Shown here in pieces: positions 10,501 through 19,077 of a stretch of DNA of 64,000 nucleotides (the stretch's first letter is position 1; each line of letters opens with the position of its first letter). This DNA is from Candidatus Bathyarchaeia archaeon (GTDB taxonomy: Archaea > Thermoproteota > Bathyarchaeia > Bathyarchaeales > Bathycorpusculaceae): contig JBEKKK010000003.1 of assembly GCA_050010755.1 (NCBI GenBank), positions 127,194 through 191,193 of the forward strand. The letters run 5' to 3'. The notes beneath the pieces were generated by a model, which worked only from the letters and a program-made list of their open reading frames with translations, was not told where the DNA came from and ran no database searches. Made by a program: the position numbers and the translations under genes.

Positions 10501-10915
10501 ACAAGAAGCACAGTTTCGACTTGAGCATTACGGGTATGTTTCCGACGTAGACGAGTTCTGTGTCTTGTTCCCTGCCGTCTATGACGGGTGTCATCTCGAG
10601 AGCTACGGGGGCGGCGTATGTTAGGTTTCGCAGTCTGGCCTCCATCGGGTAGATTTCGTGTTTTGTGCCGTCCACTTCTGTCGCGTATGGTCCGGTGATT
10701 CTGGTCTGAGGGTCTATGATCCAAATTTGACCCAGCTTGACCTTGTAGGGGCTCTCGGGAACTTCTATTGGGATTTCGCCTATTTCGTCGATTACTTCCT
10801 GAAGGCCTCGGTCGATGAACTCGTTATAAGAGTCCAGATGTTGGCGTACCAAGCCCTTGTCCTTGAAGAAAGCGTTCAGCAGTAGGTGTGTGTCTTCTTT
10901 TGATACTTCAGCCAT
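7550..10915 (-). CDS. rpoB: DNA-directed RNA polymerase subunit B, unsplit (Rpo2)
   Basis: GYFVVNGSERV, CPNETPEGSNCGLVKN, GDKFASRHGQKG, GGLRFGEMERD and a C-terminal zinc finger. Confidence 0.98.
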   Translation of the reverse strand: MAEVSKEDTHLLLNAFFKDKGLVRQHLDSYNEFIDRGLQEVIDEIGEIPIEVPESPYKVKLGQIWIIDPQTRITGPYATEVDGTKHEIYPMEARLRNLTYAAPVALEMTPVIDGREQDTELVYVGNIPVMLKSKLCFLSQLSREELIACGEDPDDPGGYFVVNGSERVIVAMEDLAPNRIIVDIDEKGATPVYQSKIFSTTVGFRARIELKIKSDAAIYVSIPGVPSEIPFVVLMRALGLESDKEIAESISLDKDVQTSLEPSYEKALGVDTAKDAILFIGNRVAHGQVEEYRVQKAETAIDKNFLPHIGRTDQSRKDKALFLSEMACRAIELQLERRKIDDKDHFKNKRLRLAGPLLADLFRVAFRNLTRDIKYQLERIGVKGPIITVSAAVRPGIISERFQHALATGNWGRGRVGITQLLDRTNHISTLSHLRRLQSPLSRSQPNFEARDLHATHWGRLCPNETPEGSNCGLVKNLALSATISVGVNPDKIKQLLFSSGVRAVLEADETLRLSGSKVFVDGNIIGYFGSPGELARELVERRRRGEISTEVNVAYFTKAQGEREELYVNCDEGRVRRPLIIVENGVPKLRKEHVEKISSGEWAWEDLIKNGIIEYIDAEEEENAYIALCPEELEPSHTHLEIAMYTILGICASTIPYAEHNQSPRNSYQAAMAKQALGVYSTNFQQRVDSRSHILHYPQLPIAETALMETMGYKLRPSGQNCVVAVLSYEGYNMEDALVFNKASIERGLGRSTFFRIYEAECRQYLGGLKDKFTLPEAGTRGYRGEQYYRLLEPDGIIGLESAVTGGDVLIGRISPPRFLEEYKEFEVKGPSMRDTSVDMRPSETGIVDAIFVTASGEGSKLVKVRVRDQRVPELGDKFASRHGQKGVIGLIVPQEDMPFTEDGIVPDIIVNPHAIPSRMTVGQFIESLAGKVASMRGSPVDGTPFSNETPDQLRKELVKLGYSNTGAEVFYSGVTGEKFVADIYVGVIHYQKLHHMVADKIHARARGQVQMLTRQPTEGRARGGGLRFGEMERDCLIGHGAAMLLRDRLLEESDKYTLYICESCGHIAYYDMKQRKYVCKLCEDKSKISPVVVSYAFKLLLQELMSLCISPKLKLKEKA

Positions 10916-11181
10916 GTTTAATCATCCCCCGCAGCTTCACGTTGGACGTGAATGAAAGAGATCGTTTCGATGCGGGTTTCATCAAATTCTTGATTTCCTC
11001 CAACTATGGATCATTCCGACTTGAAAAATGGTCACCAATATTTAAGGAGCTAGAAACGTAACTTATATGCTGTCTAATAAACTTTTTGTCCTTCGGCACG
11101 CGTTTCAGTTTGCTCCGTCGATCTGGAAAATTATTGGCAGTTCGAAGCGAAACGCATTAGTGGCTAGCGTCACAAGTTAGT

Positions 11182-11553
11182 GTGTGTGAGTTCAAGGTGG
11201 AACAGAGATTCAGGGCAACGATCGTGTGGCTGATTTTGAACGGAAAAGCTGAAGAAGCGTTGGAAATTCTGGCTAGGAAATATGGTGTCAGAGTTCCCAT
11301 TGTGAAAGTCGGTTTGCCCAAGAGGGATAAGAGGAAGGCGCTGGGATGTTATAACGGCAGGAAGAGGACTATTTTCGTTTTGAACAGTGACACGTTGAGA
11401 AATCCATTCGTGATTCTGCACGAGTTTTACCATCATCTCAGGACTGGCGGCGATGCGAGGCATCGAGGAACTGAGAAGTATGCGAATGTTTTTGCGAATG
11501 AGTTCCTAGAAGCTTATAGGTCGATGGCAATTGCAGAATCGGGAAATGATTAA
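11182..11553 (+). CDS. Small HEXXH zinc-metallopeptidase-like protein
   Basis: ALGCY...VILHEFYHHL...EKYAN.FA pattern resembles IrrE/ImmA-type zincins. Confidence 0.7.
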   Translation: MCEFKVEQRFRATIVWLILNGKAEEALEILARKYGVRVPIVKVGLPKRDKRKALGCYNGRKRTIFVLNSDTLRNPFVILHEFYHHLRTGGDARHRGTEKYANVFANEFLEAYRSMAIAESGND

Positions 11554-11581
11554 TAAGAAAGAGCGGAAAATCTAACTGGGC

Positions 11582-11702
11582 GCAGCGGTAACCAAGCCAG
11601 GTCAAAGGTGAAGGACTCAAGATCGGTTTTCTTGGCCTGAAATGGCCCCTATGAGCCATCCTTTCCCGTAGGGGTTCGCCGGTTCAAATCCGGCCCGCTG
11701 CA
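11582..11702 (+). tRNA. trnL: tRNA-Leu(CAA) with a 36-nt intron (11622-11657) at canonical position 37/38
   Basis: Acceptor stem GCAGCGG/CCGCTGC+A, anticodon CAA at 11618-11620, variable arm CCCGTAGGGG, T-loop GGTTCAAATCC. Bulge-helix-bulge: CTCA/TGAG helix with AGA and CCA bulges. Confidence 0.95.
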
Positions 11703-11771
11703 CTTTTAAGCCTACCTCGGGCTGGATAAAGCGGCATAGGAATTCAGGATGATTTACAGTTTTGCAGGGGC

Positions 11772-12056
11772 GATTGGGAAAACTTGCTTTCGCGGCGGGC
11801 CACTCCCCTTTTTTTCTTTACGTCTGTTGTAATGTTGCTTTGTAATGTGTAAGCGTAAATTTCCATGTATCGTGCAGAGTGTTCCGGAAAACGGGTTAAA
11901 AATGGATTATGCGCGTTAATGTCGGCCCTGTCTGTGTGAGTTTAGGCTTGAGTTCGTGTTGGATTGGGATTTCACCAGTGAACGGTTGACCCCCTCCCTT
12001 TTTTTCTTTACATCAGACGTATTGCTGCGGCGTAAACCGTGATGTGAGTGCGTATT
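11772..12056. repeat. Degenerate ~190-bp-period direct repeat downstream of the tRNA
   Basis: GATTGGGA at 11772 and 11962; CCCTTTTTTTCTTTAC(G/A)TC(T/A)G at ~11806 and ~11996, each followed by similar GTA(A/T)TG(T/C)TGC...GCGTA. Confidence 0.55.
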
Positions 12057-12616
12057 AATACGTGCGAGTTTCGGAGTGAGAGATATCTGACAGTGGGGAT
12101 GAGATAATCGTTTAGAACTCTAGATATGATCAGCCTGATTCAACATGTCGCGCCGTTTTTGACTCTCTTGGTATTGCGACGTCGGTGTAGTTCAGTCGAA
12201 CACCATGTGAGAAAGGCTTATATTACGATTCACGACATCGATGTCTCTGCACGGTTGGCGTTGAGAAAACATGAGGAAGAAAATAGAGTTAGAAGTGCGC
12301 AGGGGAAACCAAAACTCAAAGTTTGAACCGCTCCTCGAAGAGTCTGTCTTTCGCGAATTTGTTGTCAATAGATTGCAGACATAGCGTGTAGGCGATAAAA
12401 CACACCCAAACAATCCCTCCAGACGATGGGATCTGGACAAATCTCGCTTTTCAAAGAAACACGTGTTCGTTTTTGGTCCCTTAATCTTTCTTTTCAGCCC
12501 TTGTGCTGTCCAATTTCTTCAGAGTGGGAACCAGAAAAATGGAAGTCTGGGGGTAAATGCATATATCTCTCTGAATCGTTTAAAACGTTGCGCTGTTTGT
12601 CGTCTAAGGCGGAAAA

Positions 12617-13531
12617 ATGACCCTCGCAGACGAGATATTGAAGCTGAAGAAAGAGAAGAATGCAATAATTTTGGCGCATAATTATCAGAGAGAAGAGGTT
12701 CAAGATATTGCGGACTACATTGGGGACAGCATAGAGCTGGGCAGGAAAGCCATGGAGGAGAAAGATGCGAAGATCATAGTTTTCTCTGCTGTTGATTTCA
12801 TGGCTGAGTCGGCGGCGATCCTTAATCCTGGCAAAAAGGTTTTGCTACCGACGCTTGGTGCGCGATGTCCTATGGCGCAGATGCTCACCGTCGAAGAGAT
12901 TAAGAGGGCGAAGTTGCACCATCCGCTCGTGCCCGTGGTTTTGTACGTTAACACTCTGGCAGTAGCCAAGGCCTACTGTGACATTTGTTGCACGTCGGCT
13001 AATGCTGTTGATGTGGTTGCGTCGGTAGATGCGGACACGGTGCTCTTCGGTCCAGACCGCAATCTTGCTGAATATGTGCAGAGGAAGACTGGAAAGACCG
13101 TTATCCCTATCCCTGAATGGGGATTTTGTCCGACGCACTTGCTCTTTCAATCGGAGGATGTCCAGGTGCTGAAGAGTAGATATCCGGAAGCCAAGGTTAT
13201 GGTGCATCCCGAGTGCACGTTTGAAATGCAGAAAGCCGCCGACTTTGTCGGAAGCACGTCACAAATGTGCAGGTATGCGAGAGAGTGTGAGGCTGAAACG
13301 TTTATAGTGGGAACTGAGGAAGGAATACTTCACAGATTAAAGAAAGATAATCCACGGAAGAAGTTCCTCTTAGCCTACGAAGAGGCAGTCTGCCCGACCA
13401 TGAAGCTGAACACGCTTGACAGGATTTACACGGCTTTGAAAGAAGAGAAATATGTAGTGACTGTCCCCGAGCCTGTCGCAAGGCAGGCGAGGAAGGCCTT
13501 GCAGAGAATGTTTGACCTAAAATGCAGATAG
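12617..13531 (+). CDS. nadA: Quinolinate synthase
   Basis: ILAHNYQ, FMAESA, CPMA, LYVNT, CTSANA, FCPTH, VHPEC, GSTSQM, CPTMK motifs. Confidence 0.97.
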   Translation: MTLADEILKLKKEKNAIILAHNYQREEVQDIADYIGDSIELGRKAMEEKDAKIIVFSAVDFMAESAAILNPGKKVLLPTLGARCPMAQMLTVEEIKRAKLHHPLVPVVLYVNTLAVAKAYCDICCTSANAVDVVASVDADTVLFGPDRNLAEYVQRKTGKTVIPIPEWGFCPTHLLFQSEDVQVLKSRYPEAKVMVHPECTFEMQKAADFVGSTSQMCRYARECEAETFIVGTEEGILHRLKKDNPRKKFLLAYEEAVCPTMKLNTLDRIYTALKEEKYVVTVPEPVARQARKALQRMFDLKCR

Positions 13532-13551
13532 AATGCTATACAGAAAAACCA

Positions 13552-13775
13552 CCATCCTTGAACTTTCACTCGTTTTTTGGCGGCACGGTTATCTCTTGGT
13601 TTTCGAATATGGTCAGCTTTGCCCTTGACTGCTATCGTCTCAAGATAGTGTGTTTGGCTAGGGTGGTGTGCATCGTAGAACAGATGATGCGTGTAAATCT
13701 GTGTTGTGGGTGGCTGAGCGCATTTTCGAGCTCTCCCGACTTCGTGATCATAAAGGATCATCATGAGCCCCGCTT
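13552..13775 (-). pseudogene. nikR: Decayed nikR (C-terminal nickel-binding domain only, two frameshifts)
   Basis: Joining frames gives AGLMMILYDHEV / ELENALSHPQHRFTRIICSTMH / YLETIAVKGKADHIRK...KKRVK, matching the NikR ACT-like domain. No RHH N-terminus is recognisable. Confidence 0.75.
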
Positions 13776-13922
13776 GACATCCAGCAGCGCGCTAAGAGAT
13801 GCCCATGGGGCTGATTCTAAGGGCTTGCCGCAAGGATCGTATGTTTGAAGGAAGAGCAACTTTTTGAGTTGGAAGAGTGATATGTGTTCTTGCAATGACC
13901 CTCTTGGCGGAGCTGGTTTGAC

Positions 13923-14384
13923 TTGGAAGATTTGAGAATAGCGAAGAAGCATCTCGTAGAGGAAGGTTTGACGCTTTCCATCGTCAAGGATGGGTGTGTG
14001 CTCTTTGAGACTGGTTCGCATGGGATTTCGGGCTTGTTGAGGGCGATTCAAGAGGTTGGTGAGCGGCTTAGGGGGGCTTCTGTTGCGGACAAGGTTGTTG
14101 GCAGGGCGATTGCACTCTTGTGTCTCTTTGCTGGGGTTGGAGGGGTGTATGGTTCGGTCATGAGTGGGGCGGCGGAGGAGTTGTTTGAGGAGAATGGGGT
14201 TCATGCTGAATGGGCGGAGTTGATTGGAAGCGTGCTCGACGAGTGCAAGTCGGCGACGTGTCCGTTTGAGAGGTTGGCTGGGGGAATCTCGGATCCTGAG
14301 GAGGCTTACAAAAAACTTAAAGCTCTGCAGGATTCTCTAAAGCATGGTAGGTTGGGAGACAAAGTTGGGAAGCGAGGAGTCTGA
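13923..14384 (+). CDS. DUF1893 (TM1506-like) protein
   Basis: GASVADKVVGRAIALL and CPFE motifs. Confidence 0.8.
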   Translation: MEDLRIAKKHLVEEGLTLSIVKDGCVLFETGSHGISGLLRAIQEVGERLRGASVADKVVGRAIALLCLFAGVGGVYGSVMSGAAEELFEENGVHAEWAELIGSVLDECKSATCPFERLAGGISDPEEAYKKLKALQDSLKHGRLGDKVGKRGV

Positions 14385-14775
14385 GGAGAAGGAACTGGAA
14401 CGTTTGAGGAATAAGAAGTTGGGTGAGCTGGGGGAGAAGAAGCAGGAAGTGTGTGATACACCAGTTCACATTACGGATTCTAGCTTTAAGGAGATAACTG
14501 GCAAGCATGGGGTGGCGCTGGTGGATTTTTGGGCGTCGTGGTGTGGGCCGTGTCGGTCATTGGCTCCGACGATTGAGGAGTTGGCTAAGGATTATGCGGG
14601 CAGGATTCTTGTGGGGAAGCTTAACGTGGATGAGAATCCGCAGACTGCGGAGTGTTTTCAGGTTTTCAGTATTCCGACGATGCTGATTATGAAGAATGGT
14701 GAAGAAGTGGACAGGATTGTGGGTTGCGTTCAGAAGAAATATATAGAGGCTGCTTTGAAGAAGCACATGGAGTAG
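14365..14775 (+). CDS. trxA: Thioredoxin
   Basis: VDFWASWCGPCR, KLNVDENP, SIPT. TTG start chosen after an SD-like GGGAG (ORF track start 14344). Confidence 0.93.
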   Translation: MGSEESEEKELERLRNKKLGELGEKKQEVCDTPVHITDSSFKEITGKHGVALVDFWASWCGPCRSLAPTIEELAKDYAGRILVGKLNVDENPQTAECFQVFSIPTMLIMKNGEEVDRIVGCVQKKYIEAALKKHME

Positions 14776-14783
14776 GTTTGGGC

Positions 14784-14912
14784 ATGGACTTACCGGAGAG
14801 TCGGATGATAGGCGCGCTGTTGCTTCTTCTGGGTGTTTCTGCGTTGGCTGTGGGTGCTTACACTGGCCAGCTGAGCGTCATAGTGAACCTGCTTGAGAAG
14901 ATGTTCCCGTAA
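14784..14912 (+). CDS. Small single-TM protein (42 aa)
   Basis: MDLPESRMIGALLLLLGVSALAVGAY..., directly after trxA. Confidence 0.5.
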   Translation: MDLPESRMIGALLLLLGVSALAVGAYTGQLSVIVNLLEKMFP

Positions 14913-14989
14913 TCGTTGCTGAGCAGGAGTTTTTCTGTTGTGCCGAACTGTTTCGGCTCGGTTTGTCTATTGAACGGGTGGGTGTTTGT

Positions 14990-15562
14990 TTGAGTCCGCC
15001 GGTTGTTGAGGGCAAGGACGGGGAGGGTGAGGCCGTTCTGGAGGCGGCTAAATTCATGTTGGCGGCTGCGCGAACTGCTCCTAAGACGGCGGGTGTGGAT
15101 GACATTGTGGCGTTGGTTGTCTACGGGGCGGAGAAGGATGTCGTCGCCACTGCGATGGAGGAGATGGGGCAGGAGAGGGGGATAGAGGGTTTCAGGCGTG
15201 ATGCGAAGAACGTTAGGGATTCTTTTGCCGTTGTTCTGATAGGCGTCAGGGGGGACAGGAGCCTAGGCTTGGATTGTGGAGCTTGCGGCTATGGGGGTTG
15301 CCGAGAGTTTGATGAGGCTACAAGGAGGAAGGGCGGGGACTTCGTGGGTCCTTCGTGCGTGTTTAAGATCTTGGACTTGGGGATTGCGTTGGGGTCGGCT
15401 GTGAAGACGGCGAGTTTGCTTGATGTTGATAACCGGATTATGTATCGGGTCGGGGCGGCTGCTGTGAGGCTGAAGCTGCTGCCTGAGGCGACGGTTGTTA
15501 TGGGGATTCCGGTTTCGGTGAGGGGTAAGAACATCTATTTTGACAGGCCTGCGAAGATGTGA
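14990..15562 (+). CDS. DUF2148 ferredoxin-like Fe-S protein
   Basis: AARTAPK, DCGACGYGGC, C...DLGIALGSA...DNRIMY. Start could be 14963. Confidence 0.85.
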   Translation: MSPPVVEGKDGEGEAVLEAAKFMLAAARTAPKTAGVDDIVALVVYGAEKDVVATAMEEMGQERGIEGFRRDAKNVRDSFAVVLIGVRGDRSLGLDCGACGYGGCREFDEATRRKGGDFVGPSCVFKILDLGIALGSAVKTASLLDVDNRIMYRVGAAAVRLKLLPEATVVMGIPVSVRGKNIYFDRPAKM

Positions 15563-15670
15563 CCGGGTCTTCGGTGAGCCTGCACTTTTTTGTGTTGTTT
15601 TGTTATGGGCTTCGGGTGAGTTGCTGATGTGGGGTTTGGTTCTGGCGGTTGAGGGCGTGTTGGGGTTTGG

Positions 15671-16258
15671 TTAGGTTTGGGTTTTTGTTTTTTCGTACAT
15701 TTTTTCGAGTGTCCAGCGGATGCTTGATTTGAGTTCTTTGAGTCTTTCTGGGTCGATGTTTTTTATTTGTATTTCGCGGATGGTGTCGCCTTCTCTGAGG
15801 ATGTTGTAGCAGAGGATTTTGTCTGGTGGTAGTTGTCCGTTTCTGGCGAGTTCGTTGTCTCTTTCTTGCATTTTGAGTAGGATTTTTTGTAGGAGGAACT
15901 GGTTGAAGGGTGGGGTGTTGAAATTGAAGTTTTTGTCGTCGGCGAGGACGACGCGGAGTCTGTCTTCTTCGACGTGCATGTGTGCCAAGAGTTCGCCGGT
16001 GTTTGTCTGGAGCGGTGTGATGTTGTCGAGTTCCTGTTCGATATGGGTTTCGCTTGTTGTTTCTGTTGTTGGTGTTTCTGTTCTTGTTGGTTCTTCTTGG
16101 ATTTCTGGGCGTTTGAAGCCTTTTTCGAGGAGGAGGGTGTCGAGGGTTTCGAGCATGGCTTGTGAGTCTTTGAGTTCGGTGGTGAGGTTTTCGATTTTGG
16201 TTTCGAGTTTTTTCTTGAATTCGACGAGGCGTTTTATTCGATCAGCGTCTGTTGACAA
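15671..16258 (-). CDS. Hypothetical protein with N-terminal coiled coil
   Basis: 195-aa ORF with protein-like composition (F..NTPPFNQFL...RLKELKSSIRWTLEKM). Confidence 0.8.
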   Translation of the reverse strand: MSTDADRIKRLVEFKKKLETKIENLTTELKDSQAMLETLDTLLLEKGFKRPEIQEEPTRTETPTTETTSETHIEQELDNITPLQTNTGELLAHMHVEEDRLRVVLADDKNFNFNTPPFNQFLLQKILLKMQERDNELARNGQLPPDKILCYNILREGDTIREIQIKNIDPERLKELKSSIRWTLEKMYEKTKTQT

Positions 16259-16430
16259 TTCTTGTTCACTGTCCTAGCAGTAAGTGCTTGTTTGGCTTAT
16301 CAATTCTTTGCGTCGTGTTTGTGGTCGTTGTTGTTTTTGTTGTTGTGGCGTGGCGGGGTCGGCTGTGTTTTTTGATGTTTGTGTTTTGGGCTGTTTTTCT
16401 GTTTTTGGGTTTGCATCAGTCTCAGGCCTC

Positions 16431-16510
16431 GACTGGATTCGACTGGATTCGACTTGAAATGACTTGATTCGACTCTGTTCGACTTGGTTTGACTCGTTTC
16501 GACCTGTTTC
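16431..16510. repeat. Tandem array of eight imperfect 10-bp units (consensus ~GACTkGwTTC)
   Basis: gactggattc gactggattc gacttgaaat gacttgattc gactctgttc gacttggttt gactcgtttc gacctgtttc, in exact 10-bp phase. Confidence 0.85.
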
Positions 16511-16625
16511 GTCTCGGGCGCATGTTGTTCGTGATGGTGCAGAACTGTCTGTTTGGTTACTCTTGCTTCATTCTTTTCGGAAGAGCTATAGCGGAACTTG
16601 GTATTCTATAGAATGTGAGAGAGCA

Positions 16626-17408
16626 ATGTGGGTCCATTTTGATTTTAAGTGCAGAGTTGACGAGCAGATACGGCTGCATAAGAAGTTCAGACCGTTGATT
16701 TCTAAGTGGCGAGGTCCTCTTGTGAACGGCTGTGTCTTGACCTATCACTTCGAATCTCCGCGCACTCCAGATGACTCGCTTTACGTGTGCCTCAGCATAC
16801 CTTCGATGAAGCCAGTCGAGAGTCGCAGTTTGTACATTTCAGAAGAGCAGAGAGAACATATACCAAGCGAAATCCGGGATACGATGTCTGATTTTTCTTC
16901 AAGATTCCTCATCGACCCTCAGCGGGACAGGCTGGAGATTAAGGATTATGAGTTTGAGCTTGGCAAACCTGAGGTGTTATCTGAATACAATGCTTCTGTA
17001 GATGAAATATTGAACTTCGTTTCGAGAGGAACTGACGTGGCCCTCGAACTGCTGGATGACGCCAGGACGAAACAGCTCAGTTGGACGAACGACAAGGAAC
17101 TGGCGGACACCCTCAAGGAGCGCATAGATGCTCGTCTAACAAGTGAAAACGAGAGAAACAGGGGATTTCATTTTGTCTGCAATTCGATGTGCTTTGGAGG
17201 GCACATTGAGAATTATCTGAGGGGTATACTGAATCAATCCTTCGACGGGGAAGACTACTGGGCGTTAGGATACCTGTACGAGTTAGAGAAGAGCGGCAAC
17301 ATCAAGGAAGCCTTCCAGAGATTTCTCCCAGTAACCGAGCTGAATCCCATGTTTTTCCTCCGCACAACTTACACAATGTCGAGACAAAAACGCTGGGAGT
17401 CATATTGA
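16626..17408 (+). CDS. Hypothetical protein
   Basis: ATG at 16626 (MWVHFDFK...). The upstream ORF extension runs through the repeat and is probably non-coding. Confidence 0.7.
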   Translation: MWVHFDFKCRVDEQIRLHKKFRPLISKWRGPLVNGCVLTYHFESPRTPDDSLYVCLSIPSMKPVESRSLYISEEQREHIPSEIRDTMSDFSSRFLIDPQRDRLEIKDYEFELGKPEVLSEYNASVDEILNFVSRGTDVALELLDDARTKQLSWTNDKELADTLKERIDARLTSENERNRGFHFVCNSMCFGGHIENYLRGILNQSFDGEDYWALGYLYELEKSGNIKEAFQRFLPVTELNPMFFLRTTYTMSRQKRWESY

Positions 17409-17836
17409 AGTTCACCAAGCTAACTCTTACCTGGCCTGTCGACCGCCTTATCGCATCATATGGAGCTAGGAAATTATGATAATCGCAAATTACGAATTCT
17501 CCCTTTTCTTTTCGAATATGGGCAGCGGTCAGCGGTGAGGGCGTTAAACATTGAATTGGCATGATAAGAAAAACTTTGGTTATGGGTAGTATTGTCCGAA
17601 GTTTCTGGCTACGAGGGCTATGTCTTTCATTTTGATTTTTCCTGAAAGTTTGACTTCGTTTTCCTCAAACGTATAGTCAAAGTATGTTTCAATTGAAGCA
17701 ACCCCCGACATTCTAGTCGTGTTGGTGCCCGTTCTTTAGGTTTCGGCTCGCTTCTGAAAGCGCAGGTGTTCCTAGGTGCTTGCGCTAAATGTTAATGAGC
17801 TTGTGGCGCATAATATAACTGGGAAGAGGTTGGGGC

Positions 17837-18982
17837 ATGAACAAGAAATCAAGAGAACTGTTTTTAGCTCTGTTTGTCGCGGTGACGCTGCTGGGCAACT
17901 TGCCAATAATCATGCCTACGGTCAAGGCTCAGCCGCCTGCACCATGCATGTATCTTGTGGGCGCATCGGGTACTAGTAATCAGACTTTTTACGCGAACGC
18001 TGCTTCGGTGGGGAGTCTTTTCAATGTTACCGGGTGGGTGAACACGACGGAGACCAGCACGGGGTGGTCTGCTGCATTGGATTTCAACGCTTCACAGCTT
18101 CAGTTCGTGAAGGAAGTGTTCAGCGGCTCGGGAGGCGCGGAAAGTCAGTGGTTCCAAAACTCCGGTATTCCCACGGCTGACATTATTCCCGAGTCGGCGA
18201 CTTGGAACAACACGGCTGGGACTATAGGCGAGCCTGGGGGTTTTGGCGAATCAGCGCTTGTGCCATATGTCACAACGAGCAATCTTGGCAGCCTGTTCAT
18301 CATAGAGTTTAACATCACGCAGGCTCCTCCGTCGGGGGGCTCACTCTCAAGCATCATCCAATGGGACGCGAACGTTTCGTGCGCCTTCGATGAAAACGGC
18401 ATCACCGAGTCAGGGTTCAACTATGGCAACTGCACTTACACTTTCTATGGGAGCGTTGTCCCATCTGAGGACGTTGCCATCACCAACGTGACCAGGTACA
18501 AGACTGTAGTCGGACAAGGCTACGGGGTAAACGTGACCGTTACAGCAGCAGACTTGGGCCAAGACACAGAAACGTTCAATGTCACAGTCTACGCAAACAC
18601 AACCGTTGCTGTTTCCCAGAATGTCACGCTATCGGCTGGAACGTACGGAAACGTCACGTTTGTTTGGAACACCACGGGCTTTGCTAGAGGCAACTACACT
18701 ATCAGTGCCTACGCTTGGCCTGTTCCAGGCGAAACGAACACGACGAACAACAACTGCACAGGAGGCTGGGTAATTGTTTCTATCGTTGGAGACATCACGG
18801 GTCTGAACGGTTGGCCCGACGGACAGGTTAACATGCGAGACGTAGCCACGGTAGCCAGAGCCTTCGGCTCCAAGCCTGGATCAGGCAACTGGAACCCCAA
18901 CGCAGATATTAACAACGACGGCACAGTTGACATGAAAGACATAGCCCTCGTCGTCCGAAACTTCGGACAACACGCCCCATAA
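17837..18982 (+). CDS. Secreted cohesin-like + CARDB + dockerin protein (adaptor-like)
   Basis: Signal peptide; cohesin-like beta domain (FNVTGWV..GWSAALDFNASQLQ..LFIIEFNIT); CARDB (ETFNVTVYAN..WNTTG); duplicated dockerin loops (PDGQVNMRD / ADINNDGTVDMKD). Confidence 0.8.
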   Translation: MNKKSRELFLALFVAVTLLGNLPIIMPTVKAQPPAPCMYLVGASGTSNQTFYANAASVGSLFNVTGWVNTTETSTGWSAALDFNASQLQFVKEVFSGSGGAESQWFQNSGIPTADIIPESATWNNTAGTIGEPGGFGESALVPYVTTSNLGSLFIIEFNITQAPPSGGSLSSIIQWDANVSCAFDENGITESGFNYGNCTYTFYGSVVPSEDVAITNVTRYKTVVGQGYGVNVTVTAADLGQDTETFNVTVYANTTVAVSQNVTLSAGTYGNVTFVWNTTGFARGNYTISAYAWPVPGETNTTNNNCTGGWVIVSIVGDITGLNGWPDGQVNMRDVATVARAFGSKPGSGNWNPNADINNDGTVDMKDIALVVRNFGQHAP

Positions 18983-19000
18983 TCCCCTTCTAGCGAGCGC

Positions 19001-19015
19001 TAGAGGTTTGTTTCA
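19001..19015 (+). promoter_or_regulatory. Candidate 15-bp operator TAGAG-GTTTG-TTTCA
   Basis: Matches the shared TGGAA-N5-TTCCA type motif; followed by GAAAG and a weak AT-rich box upstream of 19078. Confidence 0.5.
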
Positions 19016-19077
19016 GAAAGGTAGATAAGCGCCCAAATCGAAATACCCATGTAGCGTTGCTCGGGGAGGAGGGTAGT

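Noticed and set aside
3727-10915. Inteins or splits in the RNA polymerase subunits, and antisense ORFs
   Set aside because: Lengths and motifs are contiguous with no intein signatures; the antisense ORFs are shadows of conserved genes.
11182-12600. Integrated element at tRNA-Leu (ImmA-like gene plus tRNA)
   Set aside because: No integrase, repressor or duplicated tRNA 3' end (att) was found in the window.
16431-16510. CRISPR array
   Set aside because: The 10-bp units are contiguous, with no spacers and no cas genes.
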